DNA of 64,000 nucleotides from Lepidodermella squamata (GCA_047495785.1 JBLDXI010000001.1:3410001-3474000); one strand, 5' to 3'; positions 41,601 to 59,225 are shown, counted from the stretch's first letter. A program made the numbers and translations. The notes: generated by a model from the sequence alone, not told the origin.

Positions 41601-42985
41601 TGCGACTATCGAACACATTGGCGGGTTTATTGGCAGCAGATCCAAATCCGTTATTTGTGAAAATGTCACCAGGTGGATTGGCGTAAGTCGCATTCGGGGA
41701 TGAGCCCATTTGATATGGCGATGTACTAGAAATGGGAGTTGCTCTATTTGGCATGTCATATGTTGATTTAGAACTCGTCAACATAGATGGACTTGGCGTC
41801 GAGGCTTTGCTTTGATGAACTTCTTTGAAAATTTCATCGAAATTGATATAAGGCTCAGATGGCGGTAGAGGTGGTGGAGCAAATTTTGGTGGCTCGTCGA
41901 ATTCATGGGGGTCTGAGTAACTCGGTTTGGCAGGCGAGATTTCAAGAACGGGAGCAAGAGGCTGAGCGGGTAAAGCGCCCGGTACATTTTGATAAATCTA
42001 TTCGAAATTTAATATTAAAAGCTAATTGAAAGAAAACATTCGTCAATAAACCTCTCGTTTTGGTTGATCGTAGCTTTTCCGGGCTCCATAATCATATTGA
42101 CTACTGGCAGGTGCACTGCTGGCAGGCTGAGTAGTGCTATCTTCAAAAATTTCCTTGTGCATCGCCCGCCATGTCCTCGACAACGGAATATCAGTAGAAG
42201 CTGACGACTGATCCTTCTCGGGAGAGATTGCGCAGATAAACTCGATAAAACTTTTCGGAAACTGCCCAGTCTTATTATCGCCAATTCTGCAGCCGGAAAA
42301 CCAATTTTCATCGACAGCTTTCAAAACTTTGACTTCATCATTGAATCGCAAGGATAGTTCGTCACCATATCTAGCATCGAAATCAGCAATAACGCGACCT
42401 TTGAAAGGAGGATTCTGCTGAGGGGCGTAAGCGTCATGTTGCTGTAATATTGAAGCTGCGTTATTATGCTGGCCGACTTCGACAACGAATGTTAGCGGGA
42501 ACATCTTAAGCGGAGTTGTAACTGGCTGTAATGCCAACCGTCCTTCCCACCATTCTTCGTTTACGGGTCGCTCTCCAATGATTAAATCACCTAAAGTGAC
42601 ATCAACACATAAACACTTGAAGAATCATCAGCAGAGGTCTGCCTTACCTGATTTGAACTCAAGATCACCTTCAACGCCGGTGTAAAAATCGGCGATAGCC
42701 AGGAACATCTCTTGCTCACCTTCGCGAAGTTTGAATGTCATTTCTTTCAAGTACGTAGCGGGGACAATTCCTTCATCCCCCATCACTATGTGCCTGCATT
42801 TAATCCATTCTTGGCCGATCTAGAGTAGACAAATCCAATAATACATTTTGAATACAGGAAAGATGAGAAATTACCTTTTCTAGTATTAGAACTATCTCGC
42901 CAGATCCGACCGACAATTGACCATCAGCAGTAGGATTGAAGGGATACAAGACTTTGGCAAGTTGTATAGACGTGATGCTAGGCAT
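38634..42985 (-). CDS. DNMBP: Tuba/DNMBP-like Rho GEF (3 SH3 - Pro-rich - DH - BAR - SH3)
   Basis: Three N-terminal SH3 domains; DH motifs KRAKVIEELISTEESYLADL and LLKPVQRILKYPLLL; BAR-like KKRQDKLLDF..FVAINAQLSEELP; C-terminal SH3 RWFVDTGVTKGFVP. The last exon starts at 39007. Confidence 0.85.
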
Positions 42986-43597
42986 TTTCTCCTACTATAT
43001 GCCCTAGTTCGAAAGCAAATGGTGGGTAAAACCAAAATTGACGATTGATGGGCCATGGGATGATAATAACATTAGAAATCGGCCGAAAAATATTGGAAAC
43101 ATTAGGGAATCTTTGTCATAGGGAATGTCTGTCAGTGGGAGTGATTGTGAGCTTCTGAAATAAAATATATAAATGAGCGTTGTATGTTGTATAGTAAGTC
43201 TCAGAAGGCAGCCTCTTCACAAAAAGCGTAGTATGTCGTTCGTCGTAAAACGTAAAAGCACGACACTTCCATACCTCCATACTTCCAGAAAAAGAAAGAA
43301 ACTGAAAAAAAACTGCTGACCCAAGCCGGTGGGGAAAAATTTACGCGGCAAAAAGAGAGATGTCAAGGTCTAATATTAAAATTCACAATTAATTAGGCGC
43401 ACATATTTTATACATTTTTAAATATATATTTGTTTCATTGACGACTCTTATCTCGTTATTTCTTTCTTTTTGTAGATTTTCGCCAATTATTTTTGCCAAT
43501 TTTTGCGCGAGTTAATCTTCGGATCGCGGCGGGCGGTTCTTTGCCGAGGAACTGCGCAAACCAAACCCCTTTTTATTCTTCTTATTCATATTTTCAA

Positions 43598-43622
43598 TTA
43601 GAATAGAATAGAATAGAATAGG
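43598..43622. repeat. (AATAG)n microsatellite
   Basis: tagaatagaatagaatagaatag. Confidence 0.7.
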
Positions 43623-43833
43623 AGCCATTACGTTATCCTGCTGTTAGGTCGGGAAAATCTTCGCCATCAGGACTAGGGCCATAGGACTGTTCGTTGCGGT
43701 ACCTGCGGTACCTACTACGAAGTCGTTAAATAAGCAACAACTGTTCGCAATTTTTCTAATACAGGAGCATGTCTGTTTCATTTTACTGACGTGAGTAAAA
43801 TTAGCTGATTTATTAGTTCGTGTAACGATGACA

Positions 43834-44837
43834 TCATAGGTTAGCAGATTTTGACTTTCGCCTCCTCTGAGCTATGAGTATGCCTGAGGAAATAGCTGCA
43901 AACATAGCCACCACCGAAAGTGCAATTGGTATCATGTTTATATTTGCTGCTATTCTAGAGTCATCAAATCTTTTAAGCAACGGCACAATTCTGTTTCCAC
44001 ATGGTGGGTCGGTGTTGCTGAAATTTGGCTCCAACTCGCAAGGCATTGATCGAACCGTGCCACGGTACTTACTGCAACAAGAAGTTGGCACACGAGGAAC
44101 ATCCGGCCTTCCCTCAGTTATACCCCAAAGCCACCACAAGTCAGTATTTTCCATGTAGTCGGTAAATCCATAAGCACCGCAACAGTTCAGTGTATCTTCG
44201 ATATTTGTTATTATCGGTTTTATCAAAGCGAGGTGATAGATAATGGCTGGAGCAAATCGTTCAGCAGCCACAAGTCTAGTTACAAATAAAATGATGAATG
44301 ATACACTGCAAAATGCCTGAGCCGAGCAGTATAGCCTGAAAAAAGAATTTAAACAATTGAACCTATGAAAAAGCAGAGAAGCCTTACTCAAGCAATGCGT
44401 TTTTTCTCTTCTTCATCCTGGCTCGGTGAAATCCAATCATGCCGAAAGCAGTGAATATTGCCTGAAACAAAGAAATTCCGAACATAAAATCGACAAGCCA
44501 ATTGACGTAAGGCAGGTATATATCCAACGCTGTGATGTTATTCTCGCGAAATACAAGCGCTAAACGGGGCTGAATATTTCGAAGAAGTTGGCGTCCTGTT
44601 TCAATGACAGAATCGCTGATGAACGACGACCGCACAACCAATAAAACTACGGTAAAAATTTGCGAGGCGATGGACATGCAACATCCGAAGATTGCTATCC
44701 CAAAAATATATTGAGCTACAAAAATAATAGTCAAATTGTGGATAATGAATGGGGCAACAGTTCCTACTTTTTTGAGGCTCAGGGACTGTAATGCTGGAAA
44801 CTGATTCAAGGCGAGTTCGAGTTGTCCCGCGGCTCAT
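43834..44837 (-). CDS. Divergent tetraspanin, 3 exons
   Basis: Four hydrophobic segments; EC2 motifs LNCCG, VPTSCC and a Cys before TM4; basic C-terminal tail. Confidence 0.82.
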
Positions 44838-45072
44838 TTCGCTGCAATTCTAAACCTTGAATTTGATCAGTCTTCATTTTATTCTCAAGGTTTCCCTTCT
44901 TGCGAATAAAAATGCTTTTAATCACGCAATATTTTCTCGACGCTTTATTATTCCGTATTCAATGGTACTATGCGTTCAAACTGTAGTTGCGTCGTTATAC
45001 ATAAATGATAAATAATAATTCTCAGATGCGAGGTGCTATCACAAAATCATAAGTTGTTCTATTAGGATGTAT

Positions 45073-46237
45073 TTAGATGTGCTTGTTGTCTGGCTTGCCA
45101 GCAGTAGCTTGACGGCGCTTCTTGATAGCATCTGAAAGTTTCTGGTTCCAAACCTAAAAATTGGAAAATTCAAAGAGTAATTTCCTATATTTAGCTGAAT
45201 TTTTACTCACCTTGGCTTCATCCGCAGTCAGCTTGGACGGCTTCATGAACTTCTTCAGCTTATCAGCATCCATGTTGTTGTCGCGGCCGTTGTGAACGTT
45301 GTTCAAGCGGTCTTGAATGATCTCCTCGGCGATGGCATCGAAATTGTTGACTTTCTCAATCAACTCGTGCTCTTCGTCCTCGGGTTCTTCGTTGGGCTTG
45401 CCGCCGCAGTAGGCGCCACCCTCCTCCTCATCCTGGCCAAGGTGACCCTCAGCAGCGTCCAGGAAAACAGACCGGCCCATGTGACCTTCATGCTCCTCCT
45501 GAAGAAAAATTAATAAAAAATGAAGAAATTTCAAGAAAATTTATTTCACCTCGTTGTACTCCTCGTCATCGCGATCATCGACGACTTGGCGGATGATTTC
45601 CTTCTCAAGAACAACGACCTTGAAAATTCAAAATAATCTTAATAAAAATGCAAAAATTTCAAACTTTTAGTGTACCTGATCGTCAACCTTGCCGTCGTGG
45701 TCAGTATCAGTTGGGACGAAGTAAATTCGTTCCTTTTGATCAACGACCTCCTTTTGGTGCTTCGCCTGCTCGTGATGACCAGGTTGTTGTTGCTGTTGTT
45801 GCTGCTGATGTTTCTGCTGATTCAGGAGTTGCTGATGAGCCTGGTCTTTCAAGAGCTGAACCGGGTCTTGGTGGTGAACCGGAGGCTGTTCCTGGCCTTG
45901 ATGATGAGCATTCTGGCTAGCTTGACGAGTGTGATCCTCGGCATGGCGCATGCGGCCATCCGGCTGCAAATTCTTGGCGAACTGACGCATTTGATCGGCA
46001 ATCATGTTTTGAATATTGCCAATATCGAAGGCATCTGAAATATAAAATTAACTAATTATGTATGCTGTTAATATATTCCAGGAATCACCTCAGCAAAATA
46101 ATCATAAATATTTAGGAAATTTTTCAGAATTTGTTTAAAATAAAACCGTAATTTCTGGGGTTTGAAGAAAGATCGAAGTGAAACTAACCAACGGCGCAAA
46201 GAATCGCAGCGGCAAAAATGATCGATTTGACCAACAT
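45073..46237 (-). CDS. Secreted His/Gln-rich and acidic low-complexity protein, 5 exons
   Basis: Signal peptide MLVKSIIFAAAILCAV|DA; Q/H-rich part, then D/E-rich part; last exon VWNQKLSDAIKKRRQATAGKPDNKHI*; phase-consistent introns. Confidence 0.75.
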
Positions 46238-46617
46238 TTCTTACGTAATTTCCTCTAAAATCTGAACGGGAAAGAATTAAATTTAATTGAACAGGTAAAA
46301 AATCTAGAAATAAAATGGCGATTTAGCATTCTTATCAATGAAATCAGACGCCATATTTTAGAGCGCGTGAATTATTCGCACGCGAGGAAAAAATTGCGTA
46401 ATAGCATTCAAGCCCGCCTTGATCGCGTGCCAGCAATTTTCAAACTAAATTTTACTACCCGGATTTTCCTAACAATACATCGGCTAAAGATTGACCAACA
46501 ATCGATTGATACTCTTATCTTAGACAAATTTACCAAAATTAACCAATTTTTTTAGGTCGTTTTGAAAAAAGTACATCCGTCCCAATTTTCTTCGCGCGCC
46601 GTCGATTTTTTTTAGAC

Positions 46618-49600
46618 ATGGCTAAGCAACAGCGAGTTATTTTCGGCTGTTTGATGCTTGGCCTGGTCGTGGCTGTCAGCGCTGTTCATATCAGTGACGA
46701 AGAGCTGGCGCAACTGACGCGTCGAAACAGCGCGAAACCGCAGCCATCGATGAAGAAACTTCAACCCGACGTTGCTAAGCTGATGAAGCCGAAGTCGGAG
46801 GAGAATTCCGACGAGAAGAGTGACGAGGCCAGTTTTTTTAAAAGCGATGAAGTCAGCGATGAAAGCACGCCGCAGCATAGTCAGGAGAAGAAGAAGCATG
46901 ATAAGAAGAAAAAGGACCATGCTGGGCATAAACCGGCTCGAGTTATCGCCGATGCTGCGTTGGATAAACACTTGAATCGCCTACATCGCCAATCGACAAC
47001 TCGGCGACCCACGACTACGACGACCAAATTCGTCAAAGATCCGGTCAAAAAATCGACTAAGCCCAACCTCAGCCGCAGTTCAGAGTACAGCGATTCTCTG
47101 TTGGATAGCGAAGAGCGAAGAGAGAGAAGTACTATCCTATTATGAAATGTATCCTATTTTGTGAAATTTCTTCGTTTTAAAGGGTTGAAGAATATTCTCA
47201 AAAAGAAGAAGCAAAATGGCGGATTTCTAGTACCTTCTGCTGGTTCTCCCAAGGTCCCCAAACCAGGTTTCAAATTTCTAAAATTTTTTTTATTATTTTC
47301 AAATGTCGTACCTACCATTTTTCAGTGGATCCTAAACCAGTGCCACGGCTTAGCCACGAGGATGAAGGCAATATCGAGAGTATCAAAAATACCATGAAGC
47401 AACGTCTACAACGACGCCACGACATGGAGGCCTATCATGCTTATGGCAAGTTCATTTTTCCCAATTTTTTCAGTTAAAATGATGAACTCTTTTTGCAGTT
47501 GATGTAGCTTCGAAGAATAAAATGAAGGACCATAAGCACATCGATGAGGAGCTCAACGAGATGTTCCGGAAAAAGAACGCGAATCTCGACCCAAAAAAAA
47601 GTATGAAGCCTCAATTTCTTTTATATTTCTGATTAATTTTATTGTTTTTCAAGCCATGAAGGCGAAAAAAGTCCGCAAATTTGATCACGATCATGGCAAA
47701 TCGAAGCTTGACAGTGGTATGAAAATCTATAGAATTTTTGCTCTTTAAAAAATATTAATTTTAGCCGAAAGGCGGCATTTGGAAATCGAAGAATTCAACC
47801 GTCAAATTAAAGCAAAAATCGCTGGAAGACAGCCCAGTGCCATGAAATCGAATCAAGATAAGCCTAAGCACGTTCATCGCCATAAAACTACGACTATGCA
47901 ATACAGCGAGGAAGACGTTTCGGAAATTACGACTACAACTAAAGCGACTACAACCCGCCGTACGACTAAAAAGCAGCCGAAACCGACGACGACAACGCCT
48001 GCGACAACAACGACTAGAACTGTGCCTAGAAAACGAGGTAGCAGTGAGGAGCAGGAAAAAGTTGAGTTGATCAAAGAAAAAGCGCGGCGAGGCGATCGGT
48101 TGACTGACGACAGTTTGGAGTTGCTGCTGTCGTCCAAGTACAACAAGGACGCATGGGCGGATGAAGTTTACCAGCCTCAGACCAAGTACCACGAGGAAGC
48201 CGTTGCTCAGCCTAGCTTTATCTGGTCAGCTCGGTACAAGGAGATTGAGCAGGCCGAGGAGAGAGCGTTGTCAGCTGAATTGAAGCGGAAATTGGGTAAT
48301 ATCCACGATGATGATGATGATAGCGAGATGGAGGCTACGACTACCACTTCGACCTCGAAAACCACGACTACTACAGAGGCGCCGACTACTACAACGACGG
48401 TTACTACGACAACCGAGGCGCCTAAAATCGTGCCAGTTTACTTGGATAAGCACCACCGCGTTCTGGAAATCAGCCGGCCGAAGCCGATTAGCGACGAAAT
48501 TATTGAGGGTGACGAGGAGGAGGAAGAAGAGGAAGAGGAAGAAGAAGATTCTCGGCAAACTGAGCATAAAATTGCAGCTGATGCGGTTGAAGTTGTTCGG
48601 CCCATCCCGTCGAAAACTGAGGGCGGTCCGGTGGTGAATTTTGCGATTGAAGCCGAGAAACCTGCGCCTGAAGTCAGTCAAGCGCATCGTGTGGCTACGC
48701 AAGACGCGGTTTTAGTCAAGGAAATTTCTGCGACGGAAAAAGGCGCTTACAAGGTACGAATTCTAGGGATTTTAGGGAAGACAAGAAACTCGAAAACCTA
48801 TATTTAGGGGAAGTATCCAATGTCCGAAATAACGGACAGCCTCAATTAAAGGTTCCGAGCCTTCAAAAATAAGCAGTTCTTTAATTTCCAAGTTCCCGCT
48901 GTTTTATAGGATATTTTCTTTTTTTTCTACAATTTCAGGTTAAATTGTCACCAGCCTTGTCCGCTGACAAATTGGCGCGCCCTCATGCCGTCTTACCACC
49001 CCCAATCGGTGAAGCTTCCGGCCTCAAACCCGGCGGCAAATCCCGTTTCGCAAGACGCTCGCTGACCTACGTCCCACCCGGCCTACCCGTCACCAGCGAT
49101 CCTAACATCTACTGCCAGGCCGTTCAAGCCGCGGCGCCTGACATCACCCAATACTTGTACCCGGACCCAACTAGCTGTACAGCCTTCTTTTACTGCCAGT
49201 TCGGCGCAACACCGTCTGGCGCGAAAGGCACTCGATCGCTATGCCCAGCTTCTCAACGCTTCTCAGCGTCGATTTTCACCTGCGTACCAGCTTGGAACCC
49301 GAACAGTATCTGCGACCCGGACCCTTGCGAGGATGATTCATCGATCGCTAGCTCTTACGGACGCTGGCTAGATCCAACGAACTGCCAGCGGTATTATTCT
49401 TGCTCGAGTGGCTGGTCGGTTCCGGTTTGCTGCCCGGCTGGTACCCGGGCTTCGGCTGAGTTCGGATGTGTCGAAGATGCATCTTGCCAAGTCGATAGCT
49501 GCGTTGAAGGCTACCCAGGCGACAAGGATATCACCACAAAGGCTCCAGTAGTCGTACGTTATTTGAAAAATTGTTAATAAAAAATTGAAATTTTGAAAGG

Positions 49601-50805
49601 GAGAATGAAAAAAGGCAAATTCTAGCTATTCCGAATTCAGAAATTTTAAACTAAAAACTAAAATTAATTGAAAAATATTCTCAAAAAAATGAAAAATTTA
49701 ATCAAATTTTATTACAAAATTGTGGTGTCGTGAATTCCTAAATAAAATCCTATCGGAGTATATAAAATGGTAAATAATAATGTTTAATGTCGCAGAATGA
49801 TGATGATACGTGTACGGATTCAGCGAATACGCTACTCCGCGCTGACGGCAAAGGATTCCTGAGCTACGACGCCGGTGCCGAAAAGTGGGTATCATTTATT
49901 TGCCCAGCTGGCACCGAGTTCCAGCTAAAGAGTTGCACGTGCGTGGGCGAGGCACTGCCACAGCCAACGTCAGGACCATCCCCATCTACTGTCTACCGCC
50001 AATGCGCTGTCTACCTACCATTCAACAAAGACTTCGAAGACTACTCGCTCAACAGGGCTTGGACGCAAAAATACGGCGCCGTCTCGATTGTCAGAGGCAA
50101 CTCGGCTGTTGGAAATGGCTCGGCATTCTTTAATGGTAAAATTAATTTAAAAATTAATTAATTCTCAACTCGAAATTTTAAGGTGGCCGTATTGAGTTGG
50201 AGGCTTTCAACAACAAAGATCTTGGATCTCAGGTGACCTGGTGTCTACTCTATCGGTAATATTTAGATTCAAGAATTTTTCGAATTTATTTTTGAATTTT
50301 TTATAGATGCTCCCCGAACCCTAACGATCCGTCTCAGACGTCATGTGCCTCGAGCCAGGGCACTTTATTGACGAATGTTCGAAACGGGAAACCTGATTAC
50401 AGCTTGATGATGCTCCTATCTGGCGGTTCTCGCATCATGACCGTTGGAACCACCCCGCCGCCGCAACTCCTCACCGCCCAATCAACCCAATCGCAATCGG
50501 GCGCGTGGCACCAGATGTGCGGCACCTTTGACGGGTTCAAACTGGCGCTCTACGAAGACGGCACCCTGGTTCAAACCGTACCCGGGTCATCGGCGCGTAA
50601 AAGTGTCCGCACCATGCATGCGCCGTACAACGTCGGCGCCGGCCGCACGACGGACGGCTCGTTTGTCGGCTACATCGATGAAGTCCTGGTGTGCCAGAGC
50701 GTGTTGGGCGAGGCTGAAATGACCGCCCATCGCACGGGTGACCGTCGAGCCCTCGTCCGAGCCGGCTTGATCCCGGAATGCCCAAGCGGCAAGCAAAATT
50801 GCTGA
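46618..50805 (+). CDS. Large secreted protein: K/T/E-rich low-complexity N-terminal half, 2-3 chitin-binding type-2 (CBM14) domains and a LamG/ConA-like domain (Pif-like architecture)
   Basis: Signal peptide. CBM14 motifs YPDPTSCTAFFYC..CPASQRFS..C, DPTNCQRYYSC..CPAGTR..C and CPAGTEFQLKSCTC. LamG-like motifs YLPFNKDFEDYS, GNGSAFFNG, WHQMCGTFDG..LALYEDG and FVGYIDEV. Confidence 0.85.
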
Positions 50806-51208
50806 ACATTTCTTTTTGACCCGTTACTATTTATTCCTGTCTTGTATTTTCATGTTCATCTCGAAAAGTTATTGTACACCGTGGTTATTTATTACCAATT
50901 AAATCAGTAATTATTGACGAAAGTTCTGGTTGTTTTTTTTACCTGCCGGTTCCCACATATCAAGGGTTGAGCTTGCGATGAGAATTTAATTATTTAAAGA
51001 CAATTTTTTGTTAATAATTTATGGCTCGTGTGCGATTTTTCGCACGTGCAGTCGCCAGGCGAAATCACGCGTGACGAACCTGGATTTGTTGCGCAACGAC
51101 CTGGCGCGAAAATTGAAAAGGCACCCGCCTATTTAAACGGTTGTTTATTGCCATGCTCACCTAGTCTTTTCTTTTTATATTTTATTATCTCGAACAACTT
51201 TGATTAAC

Positions 51209-51803
51209 ATGGTCAGCCGAGTGATTTTATTTGCTCTCATTATTTCGGCGTTCGTCGGTAAAGATTTTTCTCAATTTTTATGATAAATCTTATGAATTAT
51301 GTTATTTTGCAGCCCTCGTCGCTCAAGCTGAAGAGCGCGAAAATGGCCTCATGGCCCGTCTTCGGGGACCCGCTCGCTACCGCAACCAAGCGTCGCGATT
51401 CCGTGGTCTGAATAACGAGCAACGCGAGCAGCTGGCGGCGTTCCGCGGAAAGCGCTACAAGTGGCGCAAGCGTGCCCACACTACCCCCGAGCCGGACTCA
51501 TCCTCCTCGTCTGAACTCGTGCAGCCCGACGAGCCGGAACACAGCGAGTCGAACTGCAAGGTGCACACGACGACCAAGAAGTGCAAGACCACGAAGAGGA
51601 CGACTACCTGCAAGCCGACGACGACCCGGTGCAAGCGCCGTACTACGACCAAATGCCGCAGGCGTACTACTACCACCCCGTGCGACAACGAGACTACTAC
51701 CCCCGAGCCAACCACCCGGCTGCCTGACGCCACCACCCCATCGCCGACCACGACCTGCGAGCCTGAGAGCGACTCTGAGGGCGCTGCTTGGGAAAGGCCT
51801 TAG
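51209..51803 (+). CDS. Small secreted Arg-rich and Thr/Cys/Lys-repeat protein, 2 exons (51209-51257, 51313-51803)
   Basis: TATTTAAA at about 51130; signal peptide MVSRVILFALIISAFVA|LVAQA; repeats CKVHTTTKK CKTTKRTTT CKPTTTR CKRRTTTK CRRRTTTTP C. Confidence 0.8.
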
Positions 51804-53913
51804 GTCTCTCGCATCGGTTGAACATTCCTGATGAAGAATAAATAGTTTTCTCTTTTATCTCAGATTGATTGATCTTCATGTATGTTCCTATTATATAGCT
51901 TGTGATAAGATGAATTCAGCTACCTTTGATGGAAATTCAATTGCTCATCAGTGTGAACTATACAACATATTTTGACCTCGAATAAATGACATGATTATAA
52001 CTCATCAGTGCAACGCTTTTTGTAACGAAAATGTTGCATGTTTTTATTGGGTCATACTTTTAGCCAAACCAATGATTCGCCTGCTACGGATCAAAATGTT
52101 GACAAATTTATTGGTATAAGTTTTGGTTGTCTGGAATATTATTAATCCAGGGAATTGCTCGTATCTACCTCTAAGAGGAGAGGAAAATATCGAAAATGTC
52201 GAATCGGGTCAAGTTCGCATTTTAATTTCAAAAGCTTTTAAAATTTATCTGCGAACTAATTTATCTTCAAAATTTAGCTGGATCGTTCCGAAGCCCAGCA
52301 TCGGCAGACCGTCATGACAGCAAATGCCCAAAACAGCAACTTTTTCAATAACTTGCGACATAACAGCAGAAACACGATGCATCTTTCACTAAGTAAGTTT
52401 TCGCTGCTTTGTCGCGAAATAAAAAATTTGCCGTTTTGCCGCATTCGTTGTTCTAAGAAGTTGCTGTTTTTCGCCGTACTCCAGCTTAACGTTAGTTGAT
52501 TTTTTTCAATTTATTTGCACAAATAAACGCAAAGGTCCCGGCGGGTTTTCACTTCAACTCGATTTCTTCAATTTTTGTGATCTCTGAATCACCTTTAAAA
52601 GCCAGCAAAAACAACATCTTTCAAATGCTGCCATTTTATTTTTGTAATTATATCAGTACGTAGTCATAATAATTGTATAATAATATTATGAATAAATAAT
52701 ATACGCGACTAGAGATCGTAGATAACATGACTTCAAGATTCCTCACCAATCATCGCGATTTCTTCTATCCGCAATTAGATACGATATGAATATTTCTCAT
52801 AATCGCAAAATCGACATTTTCATAATTTTTAGACGAACCAACATTCAGATCCATAAAATGTACATATGATTTTCAACTGTGTTATAAGGTATCAGGTTCT
52901 TCGTGAGATAAGGTTTAAATTTTACTATTTCTTCGTTTTAACAAAATCAACGGCTAATTTGCGTCACTTATTAAAATTTTGAAAATTATAAAAGCAACAA
53001 GCATAACTCCGTAAAACTACAACAATGAAAAACGGCTGGATTTTACGGGCTGTACAAAGGCTAGGCGGTTAATTTTTATAAGAATCGTTCAATTCGATAC
53101 ACAAAATGCCATACACGAAATAAATTATTCAGGAGGATCGATCGAAAAAGTGCATCATGATTATAGCAACAATATATACGTATCATATCAATGCTTTTGA
53201 GAGAACGCGAAAAACCAGTGATTTTCAAATATATCGCCGGCCGAGGCAAGACAAGGTACGATTTTTCGTCATCAATTGTGAGGAACCAAGTAACACAAAA
53301 ATTATGCAGCTTCGTTATAATAATTCAAGGAGTAGTTAATAATATTAATAATAATTGCGGAAAACGGAAGAAAAATTGAACTAAAAGTACCAAGTACCTT
53401 TCCACCTTAAATTCAATCACGTATAAAACCGAAAACTGTTACGAAAAAATCGTGCGATGCTGAATATACGACATAAATTATATGCTTCGAGGCCGTTATA
53501 TTTTTTTCGATCTAAAATTTGCGAATAACAGGAGCTTTGAGCTGAAACAAGCAACTCAGAAAGGCTTTATCAATGCAACTAAACCCATCAATATATTATA
53601 TTTTCATGAGATCATTTGCAGGAATTTGAATATTATTGAAAAAATAACACAGCGACGAACGATAATATCACAACGAAGAAAAAACCAAGAGAACATCGCG
53701 GTTTTTAAGGAGGAATATTTAAAAGGCACGCACGGCGTGCATTGATTCGCCAAACACACTGCACGTTTCGCTTTATCACAACATCGATAGAGAGAGAGAG
53801 AGAATAAAACAACGGCACGTGTAAATATAACGCAGAATTAATATACAAATATTTCTGTCTCGTTGAATGTTAGATTTTTTCCACCTGAAATGAGAAGACT
53901 TGTTATTATCGTG

Positions 53914-59225
<5,312 letters not shown>

